From Stylophora pistillata (lineage: Eukaryota), in contig NW_019218106.1 in assembly GCF_002571385.2 (NCBI RefSeq), positions 10,972-74,971 on the forward strand: a DNA stretch of 64,000 bases, given 5' to 3'. Below the pieces are notes generated by a model. It ran no database searches. It was not told the origin of the DNA and saw only the letters and a program-made list of their open reading frames with translations. Positions 37,919 through 51,900 of the stretch are shown here, one piece after another (position 1 is the first letter of the stretch; every line of letters starts with the position of its first letter). The translations under genes and the position numbers were made by a program.

Positions 37919-39897
37919 TAGTGGCTAAACCGTAGTTGTGAAGATAATTGTGAGCTGAATCTTGGATTTTTTCCCCCGATGTTGAACAGAAGGTGCGGCT
38001 TACATAGCAAACTTTGCTGTGCTCTAAATCTTACTTTTTTATGTTGTTTTACCTTTATAGTACTTCAACCGCCAGCTTCTCAGCATCCTTCACCAGCACC
38101 CACTTCTCAATCACATATTCCCACCGCAGCTTCTTCTTGGAATCAAACCCAGACTCGCCCTCAGGGAAATGACCTTGATATTCTTTGCAACACTGGAGAC
38201 ATCTTACCTCATGTGGATGGGCAAGAAGTGGAAGAGATCTTCATGGATATTGAAAGAGAAATGAACATTGGACCGCTGAGTTTTCTGGATTCTGAAATGG
38301 ACAACAACGTGGCCAACGTGCAAGAGCAGTTTCCACCACAGAGTGATAATTCTGTGTCAGGTCATGGTGTAGGCTTTCAAGCAAGCCAACATCCAATGAG
38401 TGTTTACAATCAAGGCACCACTAATCAGGGGTACAATCCTGGCCCAACACACTTTCAGAGTGGAGGATCGGGTTATCAACGGGGCCCTCAGAATCACATG
38501 GATGGCTTTACTAATTCTGTTGTTCCAGGTCAAATCGGTTTCAACCACAATAATACATTCCCGAGAGGGAACGAATTCGATCTAGATGATCTTCCCAGGG
38601 AGAGACGCAGACCTCCAAGTCCACGGGTAGACCCAATGAAACAACAGCAGAAGTGGGAAGAAGATGAAAAGCTCGGTGCTACAGCAACAATATCGCCAGT
38701 ACTATATGCCAACTTGGAACACATTAACTTGAAGCAGGAGTATCCAGGTAAGTGACGCTTAGCAGAAACGGTAAAAGAGTGAACTAAATTCAGGTTTCCT
38801 GAGGTGTGGTTTGCAGATAGGATAGAAGTACAAATTTCGACGTGGATTTACTATTGGCTTGGTCTTAATGTGTCGTCTTAAATAGATATTCCACATATAA
38901 TTGTCATTTCATCCAGTTGCTATACGTTAATTTTACATGTTATTTTTAGGTATTTTCACTTAATTGGAACCTCATTAAACTCCTAGCTTGATTTATCAGG
39001 CAGAATTCCAAAACAGATTTTGCGGTAGACAATCGATTTAATTAGCTGTTGTCTTTAATTTCAAATAGAGTTTGGTGATTATAGGATTATAGAGTGTGGT
39101 GTACTTACAGGCGTTATCAACTCAGCGGTTGTGATGTTATATAACATTGTCCCCAATAAAAGCCGGTTTTTTTTTTCTTTATTGATCATAATTACATGTC
39201 ACTTTTCAATTTGTCGTAGACTGGCCCAACAGATACAGAGCAATTGCAAGATTATGGCGAAAACTTTCAGTTGAGCAAAGGGAACCGTACAGGGTAAGTT
39301 TAATTTCCTTATCATGAAAAGTTCTGCCATTACAATGTTTTGATGAACATCTCTCAGTGTTGGTTGGCTATATTTTTATTTGGTCGGACCTTAGTTGTAG
39401 TAACTCTTATCAATGCGTCTTAATTTTGTCGTGAAATACACAGTGCACAATTGAAACGCAGTCTCATGTACGGTAATCTGTTTGCAGTTAAAGGCCAGGG
39501 ACAACCGTGTTAGACTGAAAGACCAGGGGAAAAAGGTATGTGTTCATTTTTAAGTGTAATGGTATCAAGGCGTTACATTTTTCACCTCTGTACGGGTTTA
39601 AATTTTTCTAAACGAAGATTACGGCAGATTAAAAATGTGTCATTTTGAATAAATAATCAAAAATAGAACTGGACGTACAAGTTAGAGGGAACGTAATTCA
39701 AATGCTGAGAAGAATAGTGTTTTAAAAAAAGGGATATGAAGTCGTCGAGCTAGCCACTTCTGTCTGCAGTGTGATTGTAAACAAAAAACATAATTTCATT
39801 TACCTTTCTTTCTTTCCCCCGCAGCTGATTGCAAAAAACGAGGAGAAAGCAAAGTTAGAGTCCCAGAAGGCGTTGCAAATAAAGCAGCAGCAGCAGC

Positions 39898-39928
<31 letters not shown>

Positions 39929-42900
39929 GGAGCTGCAGTTACAGGAACAACAACAGCAAATGCAGCACCAGCAGTTAGAACAACAACAACAGCAAATGCT
40001 ACAGCACCAACAGCAACAACAACAGGCTCTACAGCTACCCTCTCAATCTTCACAAGGTCAATCTCTACTGCATCAGCATGATCAGCGTACAGCGTCTACA
40101 TCTCTTTGTCCAGTCACAGAAAGTGGAATGCTTCCAGTAAATAGTGTCATGCCCGTTCCCCTCACACCTAGCACACCTGCAAGGTCAATTACACCTGTGA
40201 CACCTGGCACCCCGGGCCCCTTGACCCCAACCACGCCCACCACACCCACGTTCAGTCAAGTGATGGGTCACCCCCCAATTGGACCTCCGATTCCAGCAGC
40301 TATAGCAGGTCATCAGTCTTCAGGCAAAACTACGAGTAACAAAGGTAAAAAAAGTAAAGAGGAAAAAGAGAGAGAGAAAGAACTGAGAAAACAGAGACTT
40401 CGCATTCAACAAGAGCAGGAGCGACAGTGGAAAATCCTCCAGCAGAAGAGAGCCTTGGAGCAACAGCGTCAACAACAGCAACAGCAACAAGAGAATGTCT
40501 TGCTTCGACAGGAACTCAAAAAGCAACAACAAGCAAAGGGAACTAAAGTACCTGAAGAACAGAAGAAAAAGCGTTTATCCAAAAGTGGAAGACGAGCCTC
40601 CTCGCAGGCATCTAAGGCTACTGACAAATCTGGAAGTGGCTCACATGACTCACCGCATCTTCAAAATAGCATGGCACCCCCTGAAGGCGCTGACAGTAGA
40701 GTAGAAGAACAAGTATTACCTGCTGGCCCTTCATTTTCATCAGCACCCAGAGCTAATGCAAACGCTCTTGCATCTACCAGTCAATATCAGCATGAATCGT
40801 CTCTCGACTTTTTGACTCCTTACGATGCACAACGCAATGGATTGTTAGGAGAAAGGCAGAGTGATGGAAGTGCGAATTCTAGTCATCATTCCTCAAACTC
40901 AAATGCAGGTGACATCCATTCTGCACAGGCAGGTGCCAACCACCAGTTTCAGAGATCTACGCTTTGGGAGAAGGAACATGGGGAAGAGGCAGTTCATCAT
41001 ACTGATGGATCAATCTGGCAAAAGTCACAGAGCTGCAGTGAACTTCAAGACCAGAAACAGACTAATCGCTCGTTAAGTTTAAACCAAGTTTCACAGGCAC
41101 ATGAAGGTTCTAAGCATAATTTGTGGGGTTGTGACAACTCGCAACCTGAGACGATTCAAGATCAGACGGGAAGAGAAAACGCTGAAGGCAAGGTTCTATT
41201 TCTTGAACAAAACACAGGACCTTTACAAGAAGGGGTCCGAGAAGAACAGAATTCCCAAAATAACTATGGTGCCCACGAGCAAGTCGTGTTTAACAATGAA
41301 AGACAACAATGGTCCCATCCTCATGTACCTGCAATTCCTTCAACTCAAGCACCAATGCTAAATCAACAATTGAGTTCTGATAGTGGACAAATTATGCACC
41401 AACCAGCTGTATCTGACGCCTTGCAGGCTGTTCCTTTTTCAGTACCACAGCAAACGGCATTAAAACCCACGGAGCAACATCTGCAGCAAGCTATGGAATT
41501 GCAACAACCTCCTCAACAAATTCCTGTTATGCATTGGCAAGAGGAGCTGTCACAAGTTCGAGCCCAGGTGGCTGCTGCTCATGACCTTCATCCCTCTCAT
41601 TCTGTTGCTCCTTCCTCAGCTCTTGCACCTCCTCCAGTTGCACCACCCCCACCCCCATTGACATCATCCCAGCAACCGCCTACCATTCCACAACAGCCAT
41701 ACGAACTGAGTTCTGGATGGCTACATCAGGGCCAGTTACCTTCTCAGGTACAGACACAACCAATGGTAACATTCCCACAGCCACCTCAACCCCACCAGGT
41801 ACATGGTCCTACAACTACGCAAGTGGCAATGCCTCAGACACCATTTCAACCTCCACCTCAGATCCCTATCCAGCTGCCACCCAATCATCCCACCAACCAA
41901 CCCATGTCAAATCAACCTCAGGATAGTCAATTGCAACAGCCACAACAACAGCAAGATGTGGTTCAGCGACAACAAAGAGACCAACTCATAAGAGCCCAAC
42001 AGCAACAGTTTTTTCAGATAATTCAGCAGCAACAGGCGATTCAACATCAGCAACAGGCGATTCAACATCAGCAACAGCAGCAACAGCAGCAACAGCAACA
42101 GAATGCTGCTATCCAACCAGGATTTGCAAGGGCACGGTTCAATACAGCTATCAACACCAAAGATCTGCCTGAAATTGACACCGAGGAGGAACACCAGGAA
42201 CGGCTTCGTTTTCTCTATCGTCAACGCCAAGCACAAAAACAGCAACAGATGCAGGTGCAAGCTCAACTGATGCACCAAGCTTGGATTCAACAGCAACTTG
42301 CTGCTGGGGGTAGTCAAGGAGTGGTTCCACCAGGTGTACTGGCAATGGATTCATCCAACCCTCAAATGTTGCAACAGTTTGCTCAACAAATGCGTCCTCA
42401 AATGCCGGACATGACTCAGCAGCAATTGCTTGCTGAATATCAAAGGAGAATGACGCAGCGGCAAGACATAGGCCAGCAGACCGTTCAATATGATAAGGTA
42501 TTGCAGGAGTTCCAACAACAGCAAGGGATTCCTGGTGGAAGTGCTCATGCTGTAGGCCCTTTCATTGAAGTCCCTCATCAGAGATTTGGCTTGAGACAGC
42601 CAACCCCTATAGTCCAACCAGGTTTGAAGCCTATAATGCCATATGGGGGACTTGATGGACAGTTCATCGGTCAACAGCAGCAACTGTACAAGATACAGTT
42701 GCAGCAACAAATGATGATGCAGCAGCAGAAGAAGGAAACATCCAATAAGAGCACCCTTCGAGCAAGCCCTGTTACAGGAAAGGCTAATGCAGAGGAAAGT
42801 GGTGGTGAAGTCAGTGGGAATGTTCGTGATGATAAGCTAAATGGCACAACTGTGTTGTCAGGTAACACCAACTCTGAAGCTGAAAAACTCCCTGATAAAT

Positions 42901-45900
42901 CTGTGGAATCCGGAACAGAAAATGAAAAGCAACTGAGTGAAGGAAAAGGTAACAGTACAAGTGGAACAAACCAGGTGGCCAGTGATTCTGGCAAGACATC
43001 CTCTGAGTTTGTAAAGGGCGAGAAGTTAGAGAACGCTATATCTGAGAAAGACCATTGTAGTGGTGACCATAAAAGCGACCAGGATAGTAGAGAGGTTAAT
43101 GATGCGAGAGGAACAAACAGCTATGAAGAAGAGACTGGCACCCCAAATTCTAAAGATGTAAGTGCACATATACCAGGGAGGTCAGATGATCCTAACACCA
43201 CAACTGTACAAAGGGAAGAACTATGTAATGTTACCTGTCGGGAAAAGAAAGCTAGTAAAGACGAAGATGTTGAAAAGGACCTTGCCATGGCCAATGTAAA
43301 TTGTGATAGCCCTTCAGATGAAATATGCTCAAATGTCGCAAATGAAAATAAGTATGAAGGTGGAAATGAATCGGAAAGATGCTCTGAAGAACGAGAGACT
43401 TGTATTGAACCACAGGGGGAGCAGGCGTCAGGTTCTCAGGCTCTTGATTCAAACAAATTGGATGGAGCTGCAAACTTGAAAGAAGTGTCGCGTCAAGAAG
43501 GGAAGCGCCAATCTAAACCTGAACCTTTGCTTGAAACCAACCAGGCACCTATTCAGCCACACAACGCAACCAGTCAGGTAACTGCAGTACCTCCTCCTCA
43601 GCCCCAGCATTTCCTCTATCAACAGCAATTTTTGTCATTACAGCAGTCCTTTGTACAAATGCAACAGCAAAGACAAGTTCTTGTTCAGCAGTACCAACAG
43701 TTGCAACAGCAACTGCACCAGGCTGGAGGACAAGATCCAGTACTGGCAGGTCAGGTAATGACTGTCCAATCGCAAGGACAAGTTCTCCAACAACAGATGT
43801 TACAAGCCTGGCAACAAATGCAACTTATACAACAGCAGGTGCAGCTTGGGGGAACAGCACATCAGCAGCTTGCAATTCAGCAACAGCCACAGGCCCAACA
43901 GCAACCACTTGTGGCTCCCCAATGGCCTTCAGGAGTCCCACAAGGACATTCAGTGGCAACACAAGCGGGAGTGTTTCCTGTGAGGCCCAGTGTTATGGCA
44001 GTCCAGGGCCCTTTACAGCCGGGCATGCCACTTGTAGAGAAGGTAGGAGCTGTATGCTTTTAACAGAAACTAACTTCCCATCACATTTCTTAGCAAGACT
44101 CAGGAAACCTCATAATGGCCGATTTTTCTTTTTTAACTAGTTATACCAATGATTAACACGTTTCCTTTTTGTTCAGGGACTTGAACAGAAACCAAAATCA
44201 AGGTCGAGGTCCAAAAGCAGGGACACGCCTCAACCATCTCCAATTAGACAACAAAGCCCTGCTATCGACTGGCAGCCACCAAAGGGAAAACAGTCTAAAA
44301 CAAGACAGAGGAAACCCAAAAAGTCAGAACCGCAAGCCAATGATCCAGATCTTGAACGTCAACAGCAAGTGCTTCAGCAACAAATATACCAACAGATGGA
44401 ACAGCGGCATCGGTTGATGAAGCAGAAACAGGGGGTTTTCGTTGAACAGGGTCAACAGCCAGTTGTGCAACCTCCAATGCCATTACAACAACCTGGGCAA
44501 CAGCCTCAAGTATCTCTTCCGCAAAACATGGTTGAACACCCAGGAATAATAGCACAGCCATCCATTGACGGCACCCATCCAATGCGACCTCTGTCGCACA
44601 CACCAGAGCTTTCAAAAGGGCAACGGCCTGATTCACAAGTTAATTTCCCACCTGGTACACCAGGACCTCAGATGCCTCTTCCATCCAGTACTCAGATTCC
44701 TCCGGGATATCCCCACGGTGCAGAACAAAGTTCTTTTTCACAAAGGTTCCCAACACCTGAGCATTATCTTCAGCAATTTGGTCAACACCCCAACCATCAA
44801 AGGCAACCACAAGTTCATTATGTTGCTGAAGCAAACAACCCTTTCAGTGACCAGTTTCAAGGGCTACACAGCAAAGGCAGGGGCAGAGGAGGGGCAAAGA
44901 AAACGTCTGGCTCTAGAAAGCCCGGAAAACCTCGCAGCAAGAAGACAGCAGAAGTTGAAGCTCCTTCAGAGGCGGATCTCCAACAACAGCAGCAGACTAA
45001 TCCTACTTTATCGGAGCAAAATCTCCAGGGCCTTGGCCTTACCCCATCTCAGCAAGCACAGGCTATAAAGCTGGAAAGGCTGGAATCGGAAGAATCGGTT
45101 CCTCAAACACCCGACGCTCAACAAAGTGGCTTATATACCGGCTCCACTGGTGCTGGTGAAGGTGAATGTCCCGATGGTAAAAGTGAAAGTCATGGTGCTG
45201 TAGGGCAAGAGGTGAAAGAGAAACCATCAGAGGAAGTATTTGCGGAGCAGTGTATTGAAGCGAACTCACTTTCAGCCACTGGCGAGAATAGTAATTGTCA
45301 TGCGCCATCTTTAAGAAATGAAGAAAGTGATGCCAACTTGTCCAACGAGAAGACGAATACTACAGAGAACGAAATTCCAGCTTCCGTACAAAACGATTCT
45401 AGTGAGTCTGCTGATGAGAGTAAACAACCGTGTGATGGGACTGGGTTGGAAGCATTACAAAAACTTGAATCGATGGTTGCAGACATGGCTAACGAGGAGG
45501 AAGCCTGTAAGGAGCTGGAAAAGCAGAGTGAATTGGAAAGAATCCACTTGCCTTTAGATGACGATGTTTATGACCCGGAAATGGACAAGATCTACGAGAG
45601 AGACTTCATGGTAGAAGAAACTCAGTTTGAGCAGTGTTTGTTATCTCCAATTAAAGCTGTGGACAATGGTTCTCAGGCAAATTCTGTAGCATCGCTGGAG
45701 TGCCACGAAGAAAGCCTCATTTCGCCTTTGCTTGAGGAAACGGAAAGACGTAAGGAACGTCAAGCGTTTTTCGCTGAATCTGCTTCCAGTGAAACAGCGG
45801 TCGCAGATAACAAAATTGCGGATTTGGGAAAACCTGAAGTAGGAAAAGAACATCAGACCGAAGAAGCAGAGCTGACTCCTTCAGAATCAAGTAAACATGC

Positions 45901-48900
45901 TGCTTGTAATGTTACAAACAAGAATGGAGTGGAAAAGGTGGATCATATTTCAAGAAATGCTCATCCAACAGCTGGTCAAGAAAAGGTTGTTGAAGAAACC
46001 AGGAACGATATGTTGCAAGACGCGAACATTGCTGACCAAGACTCCCAGCCACAGGAAAGAGACCTCAATCCGACACCAAGTGCACAAGCGGATGTCTCGC
46101 GCGTTGCTGAGGTGAAAGAGAACTACAGCGATTCTTTTACCAATCAAGGAATTGAGACAGCTGTTCCTGAACTAACTCCATCTACTTGCGAAACCATAGA
46201 AAGTGTCGCACCTCCAGTCAAAACTACAAGTGAAGTACCCTTAGTTAATAGTGTGGCACCTGTCGTCACAAGTAATGGTGAGGTGCCTCTAGCCTCAGGC
46301 GGTGAGCATAGACTTGTGGCGGAGCAAATTAACTGCACCGTACCTGTGAACAGCCAGGAATCCTTACCCCAACAAACAGCTAACGTGGCGAGTACAATTG
46401 GCCCTGAGGCTCTGCATGGAACAGTTGGCCAGATACCCGAAGCTCTCGACCATAATCAGAGTATCCAACCGGAAAGGCGTACTCCATCAAATCCTGCTCG
46501 TCCAGCAAATGGCGAGAAACCTGCAAAGACACCCAAGCCGTCGAGTCGGCCAAAAAATCCCCAGTCCAGTGGAGAGGGCCCGGTAAAGAAGAGGCCACAG
46601 GCGAAGGAGGAAGACCCCATGAAGAAAAAGCTGCAGGAGCTACGTAGGCAAGAATATGAGCGGAAGAAACGTGAGTACGAGGAACAGCAAAAGAAGAAGC
46701 GTGAACTCCAGAAGGAACTTCGTATCCAGAAACAGATGATAAGAGAGCAGAGGAAGAGGCAACGGATATACATAAATTCAAACAGCCGCAACAAACAGAA
46801 GACAGAAATTGAGAGCAATGCGAGCAATTCCTTGAAGATTTCCACTCCTAACAACACTCACAGGGATCTCAAACCAGCTACACCACTTTCCCTTTGTGAA
46901 CCAAAGTTGCTTTTGACCCATGCTTTAACACATCCGTATGGCAGCAGGGCTTTCAACGGGCAGTGTCTCCTTAAAGGAAACTTTGGATCTGCTAAAGTGG
47001 ATGGCATGGTGGACTATTATGCACAGTTTCCATCATCTGACATGGACATTGTAGTGGGGCATCCACCCACCCCACCCTCATCTCTCCCGCCGTCACCTGG
47101 AATACATCAACACCGGACAGATTCTAGTGGAAAACCGCTTGTCAATGGCGATGCTTCTCCCGAAGAACGCGAGGGAACCGAATTGGCTCATCTAAGCAAA
47201 CCATCAGCAAGCAGTCAGGATACCGAACATCAAGCAAAACGAGCTCGGTATACAGGCGTTTTAGAAACTAGTAAAGGTGGTGTCAGTGTTCCCCCGTCAA
47301 TGCCCACTCCACCGCTCTCAGATTCAGCAGCAACCGTCAGCGACAGATTAGTTGAAATAATTTCATCTGTGGGACATCTCCCCGAAGAGCGCGCAGAAGC
47401 TAATGGAAAGGAGTCCAGCAGTAGTTCATCCTCAACCTCCCCCGAAACAGTTCAGTATATAGCATCCTCTTCTCCTGAATCAGATGCTGTCAACAGAGTT
47501 CAGACCCCTCAGTTTTCAGCACTGGTGCATCGTGACAGCACAGATTCCCCAACATTCCCGGCAGTGGCAATCAAACGCGAGCAGGTAGAACATTACCTTG
47601 ACAACCGAGCTTCATGCAGTCAATCTTGTGGCAATTTTTTGGAGGATGGTTTCGTGCAAACTACGTGTAAATTGGAAGCGCACAACTCGTCAAGGCTCGA
47701 GAACGATACGGACGATTTGGATAGTATAAATGTGACACTAACTCTGTCGCCTACTTCAGAGCAAAGAGTAACAGAAACTGTAGCATCAGTAGCAGACTTG
47801 ATAGGCTGCTCTCCACCCAGGCACTCTGACATTGTCATTGAGCCCGCAGGAAAAGGCTTTGCTACCAAAGGGTTTATGGCGACCCACTCACTGACGACTC
47901 CAGGTGGAGATAATTTAAGTAATTCTATAGCTCCCAGGAGTCATACGTCATCGGACATTTATCAAAAGCAGCCCTTTTCTTGTTCGCAGTTGAGCTTATC
48001 ACCCAGCGAGGAAAAGTCCTCACGCAAGAAGCCCGAGGGGCCATATTGTAGGCATTGTGACGTTTTGATAATAGGCATTGGAGTTAAAAGAAAACCAGAA
48101 GACGACGCTGGGAAGACTACGGAAACAGCTGAATTGAATAGGACACAGCCTGATGCTGGAGACTATAAAATCTATGGAGTCAATGTCGAAGCTGGCGACT
48201 GTACAGGGGACATTTTCTGTTCGGAAGCTTGCTTAAAACAATATTTCGCGCATTTCGGATCTGCATGTTCCTCGCCCACACGGGAATGCAAACCAGACGT
48301 CAGTGTTAGAGAGCCTCCTTTAGAAGCGACTGTGACGTCAGTTGGTCAAACAAGCATCGGAGCAGGGAATGTAACGACAGTGAGTGATGTGGAGACTCGG
48401 GGGAGTCTCGTGGCCGATGGATTATCGCCGACATCTTTACGAAAAATACGCAGTCCCAGCTGGAAGGATGAAGACGAAGATGAAGAGGTAAGTTGAGTTC
48501 TGTACAAAGTATTTTGAGCTGTTATTAATTTGTTTTACCATTGTGTTCCTGAAATATTGGATGGGTAAAAGTATTCCCTAAGGCAGGGTGGACTCTTCCC
48601 TGTCAGAGCTCGAGTTCCATTATTCACGAGAATAATCTTGGCTGCTGTGTTTGCAGACGAAGATTTCTAAGCGACAGCGTCGGTTACGGTGGAAAAGATG
48701 GCAACAGAGCGAAGAAGCCAAGAGCGACAACAAACAACGGATAGAGTTGACACCTGAGGAATCAGCTGAGGTACGTAGAGCTAACAATAGATTGGGAGTC
48801 CGTTTTGTAATGTAACCGCCCCTAACAATCTGGGTTCTGGTTATTTTGCAGCTTCTGGAGAAACACAACGAATCATTGAAGCCTCCTGCCAATACAGTAG

Positions 48901-51900
48901 ATGACTTGAGGACGTGCACTCTTTGTGGTGCGAAAGGAGACGGTGATAACAATGCGTCAGCCCGGTAAGGATATTCTTCCCAGTTTTGACCCGGTTGCAT
49001 TTCCAAAAGGCTTCTCTTCCTCCAGATGGATGCAAACGTTGCTATAAGCTCTTTTTGTTTCCAGATGTCATAACAAATCTGTTTCTAGCCAAACGTTGAC
49101 ATTTTTTTGGCTAGATTGATAGCTAGGGCTAAGAAATAACTGTATGGGATCAGATGTGTCGTTTCACCACGCGTCGCAAAAGTGAGCTATTTTAAAAGTT
49201 ATAGACGAGTAACGTGGCAGTTAAGGCAACCATGATAGAAATTGTTTTTTACCTTGTCAGGCTGTTGAATCTAGATGTCGACGTGTGGGTTCATCTCAAC
49301 TGTGCTCTCTGGTCCTTGGAAGTTTACGAAACGCTTAATGGCGCATTGATGAATGTCGAGGTGGCTGTGAAGCGAGGGACTGTTACGGTAGGTATCATGA
49401 GCTGCAGGGAAACCAGCAACTAATTTCTCCTTACAATATCAGCCCCCGAATCACACATTTGTGTAACTAGTATAAAGGAAATGATCGCCAACTAAAGAAG
49501 TTCTTGATTGTGTAACAAATTCTCCTGTTCAGCACTTAAGGAAATGTATAAAGGATAGTACAGAGAATATGCATATTGATGTTAAGTTATGAAGAGTTAA
49601 AGAACTTTTCTTTAAGCTAAGTTCACCCCCTTTATTTCTTTCTTCAAGTGAGCAAATACTAAGACGAATAAAATCTGGAATGATTCATAACAAGATACCA
49701 GTTTCGTGATTAAAGCCTTAACGGCTGTGCATTTTCTTTTTTCACCAGAATTGTGTGGTTTGCTACAAAAGGGGCGCTACTGTGTCGTGCAAGCAGAAGA
49801 TTGGCCTCTCCAAGATCGGCTGCCCAAACAATTATCACTTCAGTTGTGCCATCTCTAAGGGATGTTTGTTCCTAAAGGACAAGGTAAGCATATGTTCTTT
49901 CCAAGTAGGATTTTATGACTGGTTATAACGCTCATTGATTTGTTGGTTTTGTAGACTTAAATATAATTTCAACCAGCCCGAGGAGTCGGTTCTTATATGA
50001 CAAAGCAGTTGATTTAGTAACAGCACCTCGATAGCTGAGTTGAATTGTCTTTATTTTGTTTTGTTCATTTTTTTGCTAGACCATGCTGTGTCATGAACAT
50101 AGACCAGAAGCCGCGGTGCTCGGAGACCATGTACTCTCCACTTATGCTGTGTTTAGGAAAGTTTATGTGAACAGGGACGAGATTCAACAGATCGCCAGGT
50201 GAGCACAGTAAGAAATTCAATCAAAACACGTTCCCCGTCCCCGTCTTCCCGTTTTCCTTCACTAATTTGCGTCCTTTTCTTCCGTCAGTATGTTACGTCA
50301 CAATCAGGAGACCAGCGACAAGCCTCAAACGTTACGCGTGGGAAGCTTGGTGGTTAAATCTCTGGGACAACTTTTGCCTCATCAGCTACAATCGTTCCAC
50401 ACCAGAGACGCCGTGTATCCGGTGAGTCATTTTTAGTTATCAACATGCACGTCGCCTTTCTTTACTTTCAGTTTATTGTGTTTAGTTCGATTTCTGGTTC
50501 ATTTGAATCTGCAAGCATTAGTCAGGGTGCTCTTTGCTTAATACGTGCTCTTACTTGTTGCCGCAGGTTGGATTCAAGACAATTCGTCTCTACTGGAGCA
50601 TGCGCTCTGTGAATCGCCGCTGTAAATATCACTGTGTGGTTGAAGACGCGGAAGGTTCACCAAGTTTTACCATCAGGGTTGATGATGATGGACATGATGA
50701 GCAACCGGTGTTCAGAGGAAAAACACCTAGAGGTAAATTCTCAACTGGTTGGTACCAAGCGAGTACAGTTTTCTTTTTTTTTTTTTTCAAGCAAAAATAT
50801 ACCGAGAATGAAACAGTAACAGTAACAGTAACAGTAAGGAACAAAGTAAAATTTCTGTTTATTTATTTTAAATATCTGTCGTTTTGAGACATTGGCGTGG
50901 AATTATCTTTTCTCTGTTTTTTTTTTTCTTGACAGATGTATGGCAGCAGATTCTTGTTCCTATTTTAAAAATGAGGAAAGAAGCTGGTCTGGTGAACTTG
51001 TTCCCTCAGTACATCACTGGTGAGGTGAGTGAAAAAGGGATTTATTAACTGGTGAAATCGTCATGCGTCTTGCTGACCGTTTTTGCTTGACAGTAGATCA
51101 TATTGAAACAAATTTGAGTCTCTTCCTCTCTCATATTTTACTTACAATACGGACTTTCCCTCTCCTTCAAGGATCTGTTTGGTTTGTCGGAGCAGTACGT
51201 CTTGCGGATCATCGAGTCGGTGAGGAGCCAAATTGTCTATTTGTTCTTTTATATTTTGATACGGAAAGTATGGTGCTTGACCCTGACTGATTTTAGTATC
51301 CATTACTATTTTCATACTTCTGTTTAATATAGCTTTGAGTTATGACAATCGGCATAGTACAGTTTTCACTGTTTTTAAAGTATTTTTACTTTTATACACG
51401 TGTTTTTAGATGCCTGGTGTCGATCAAATGCAGGGATACAACATGCGTTATGGCCCGTCACCCATCATGGAGCTGCCGCTGGCGGTAAACCCCACGGGCA
51501 GTGCTAGATCCGAGCCCCTGCTGAAGTCACATTTCAAGAGCGCAAGGTACGAGGACCTAAATCACGACACCAAAATGGTTCCTGCGGCTAAGACCTTTTT
51601 AAATTTTACTTTTTGTCCTGCTAATCCGCCAGTCTTCACTCTGGAGCGCTTTTTGATTGAATGTCGTAAGACGTAAAAGTAATCAACACAACAGCCAATC
51701 AGAGGAAAGGAATATGCATTTACGATCCGACACTCAATTGAAAAATTTCTCTAGCATGACAATTTCGTGATTAAATTTCGACGTTCAATTGAAGGTTGTG
51801 TTAAACTTGTACTTGTACTGTCTGATACGTTAATAACTGATTTCTGTCTGGTTGCTTCTGAGACGATTTCTGTCTGGTTGCTTCTGAGACTTGGAGGCCT

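Noticed and set aside
40320-47868. Antisense and alternate-frame ORFs (poly-L, poly-V/A) over the giant exons
   Set aside because: They are shadows of CAG/CAA-rich coding sequence.
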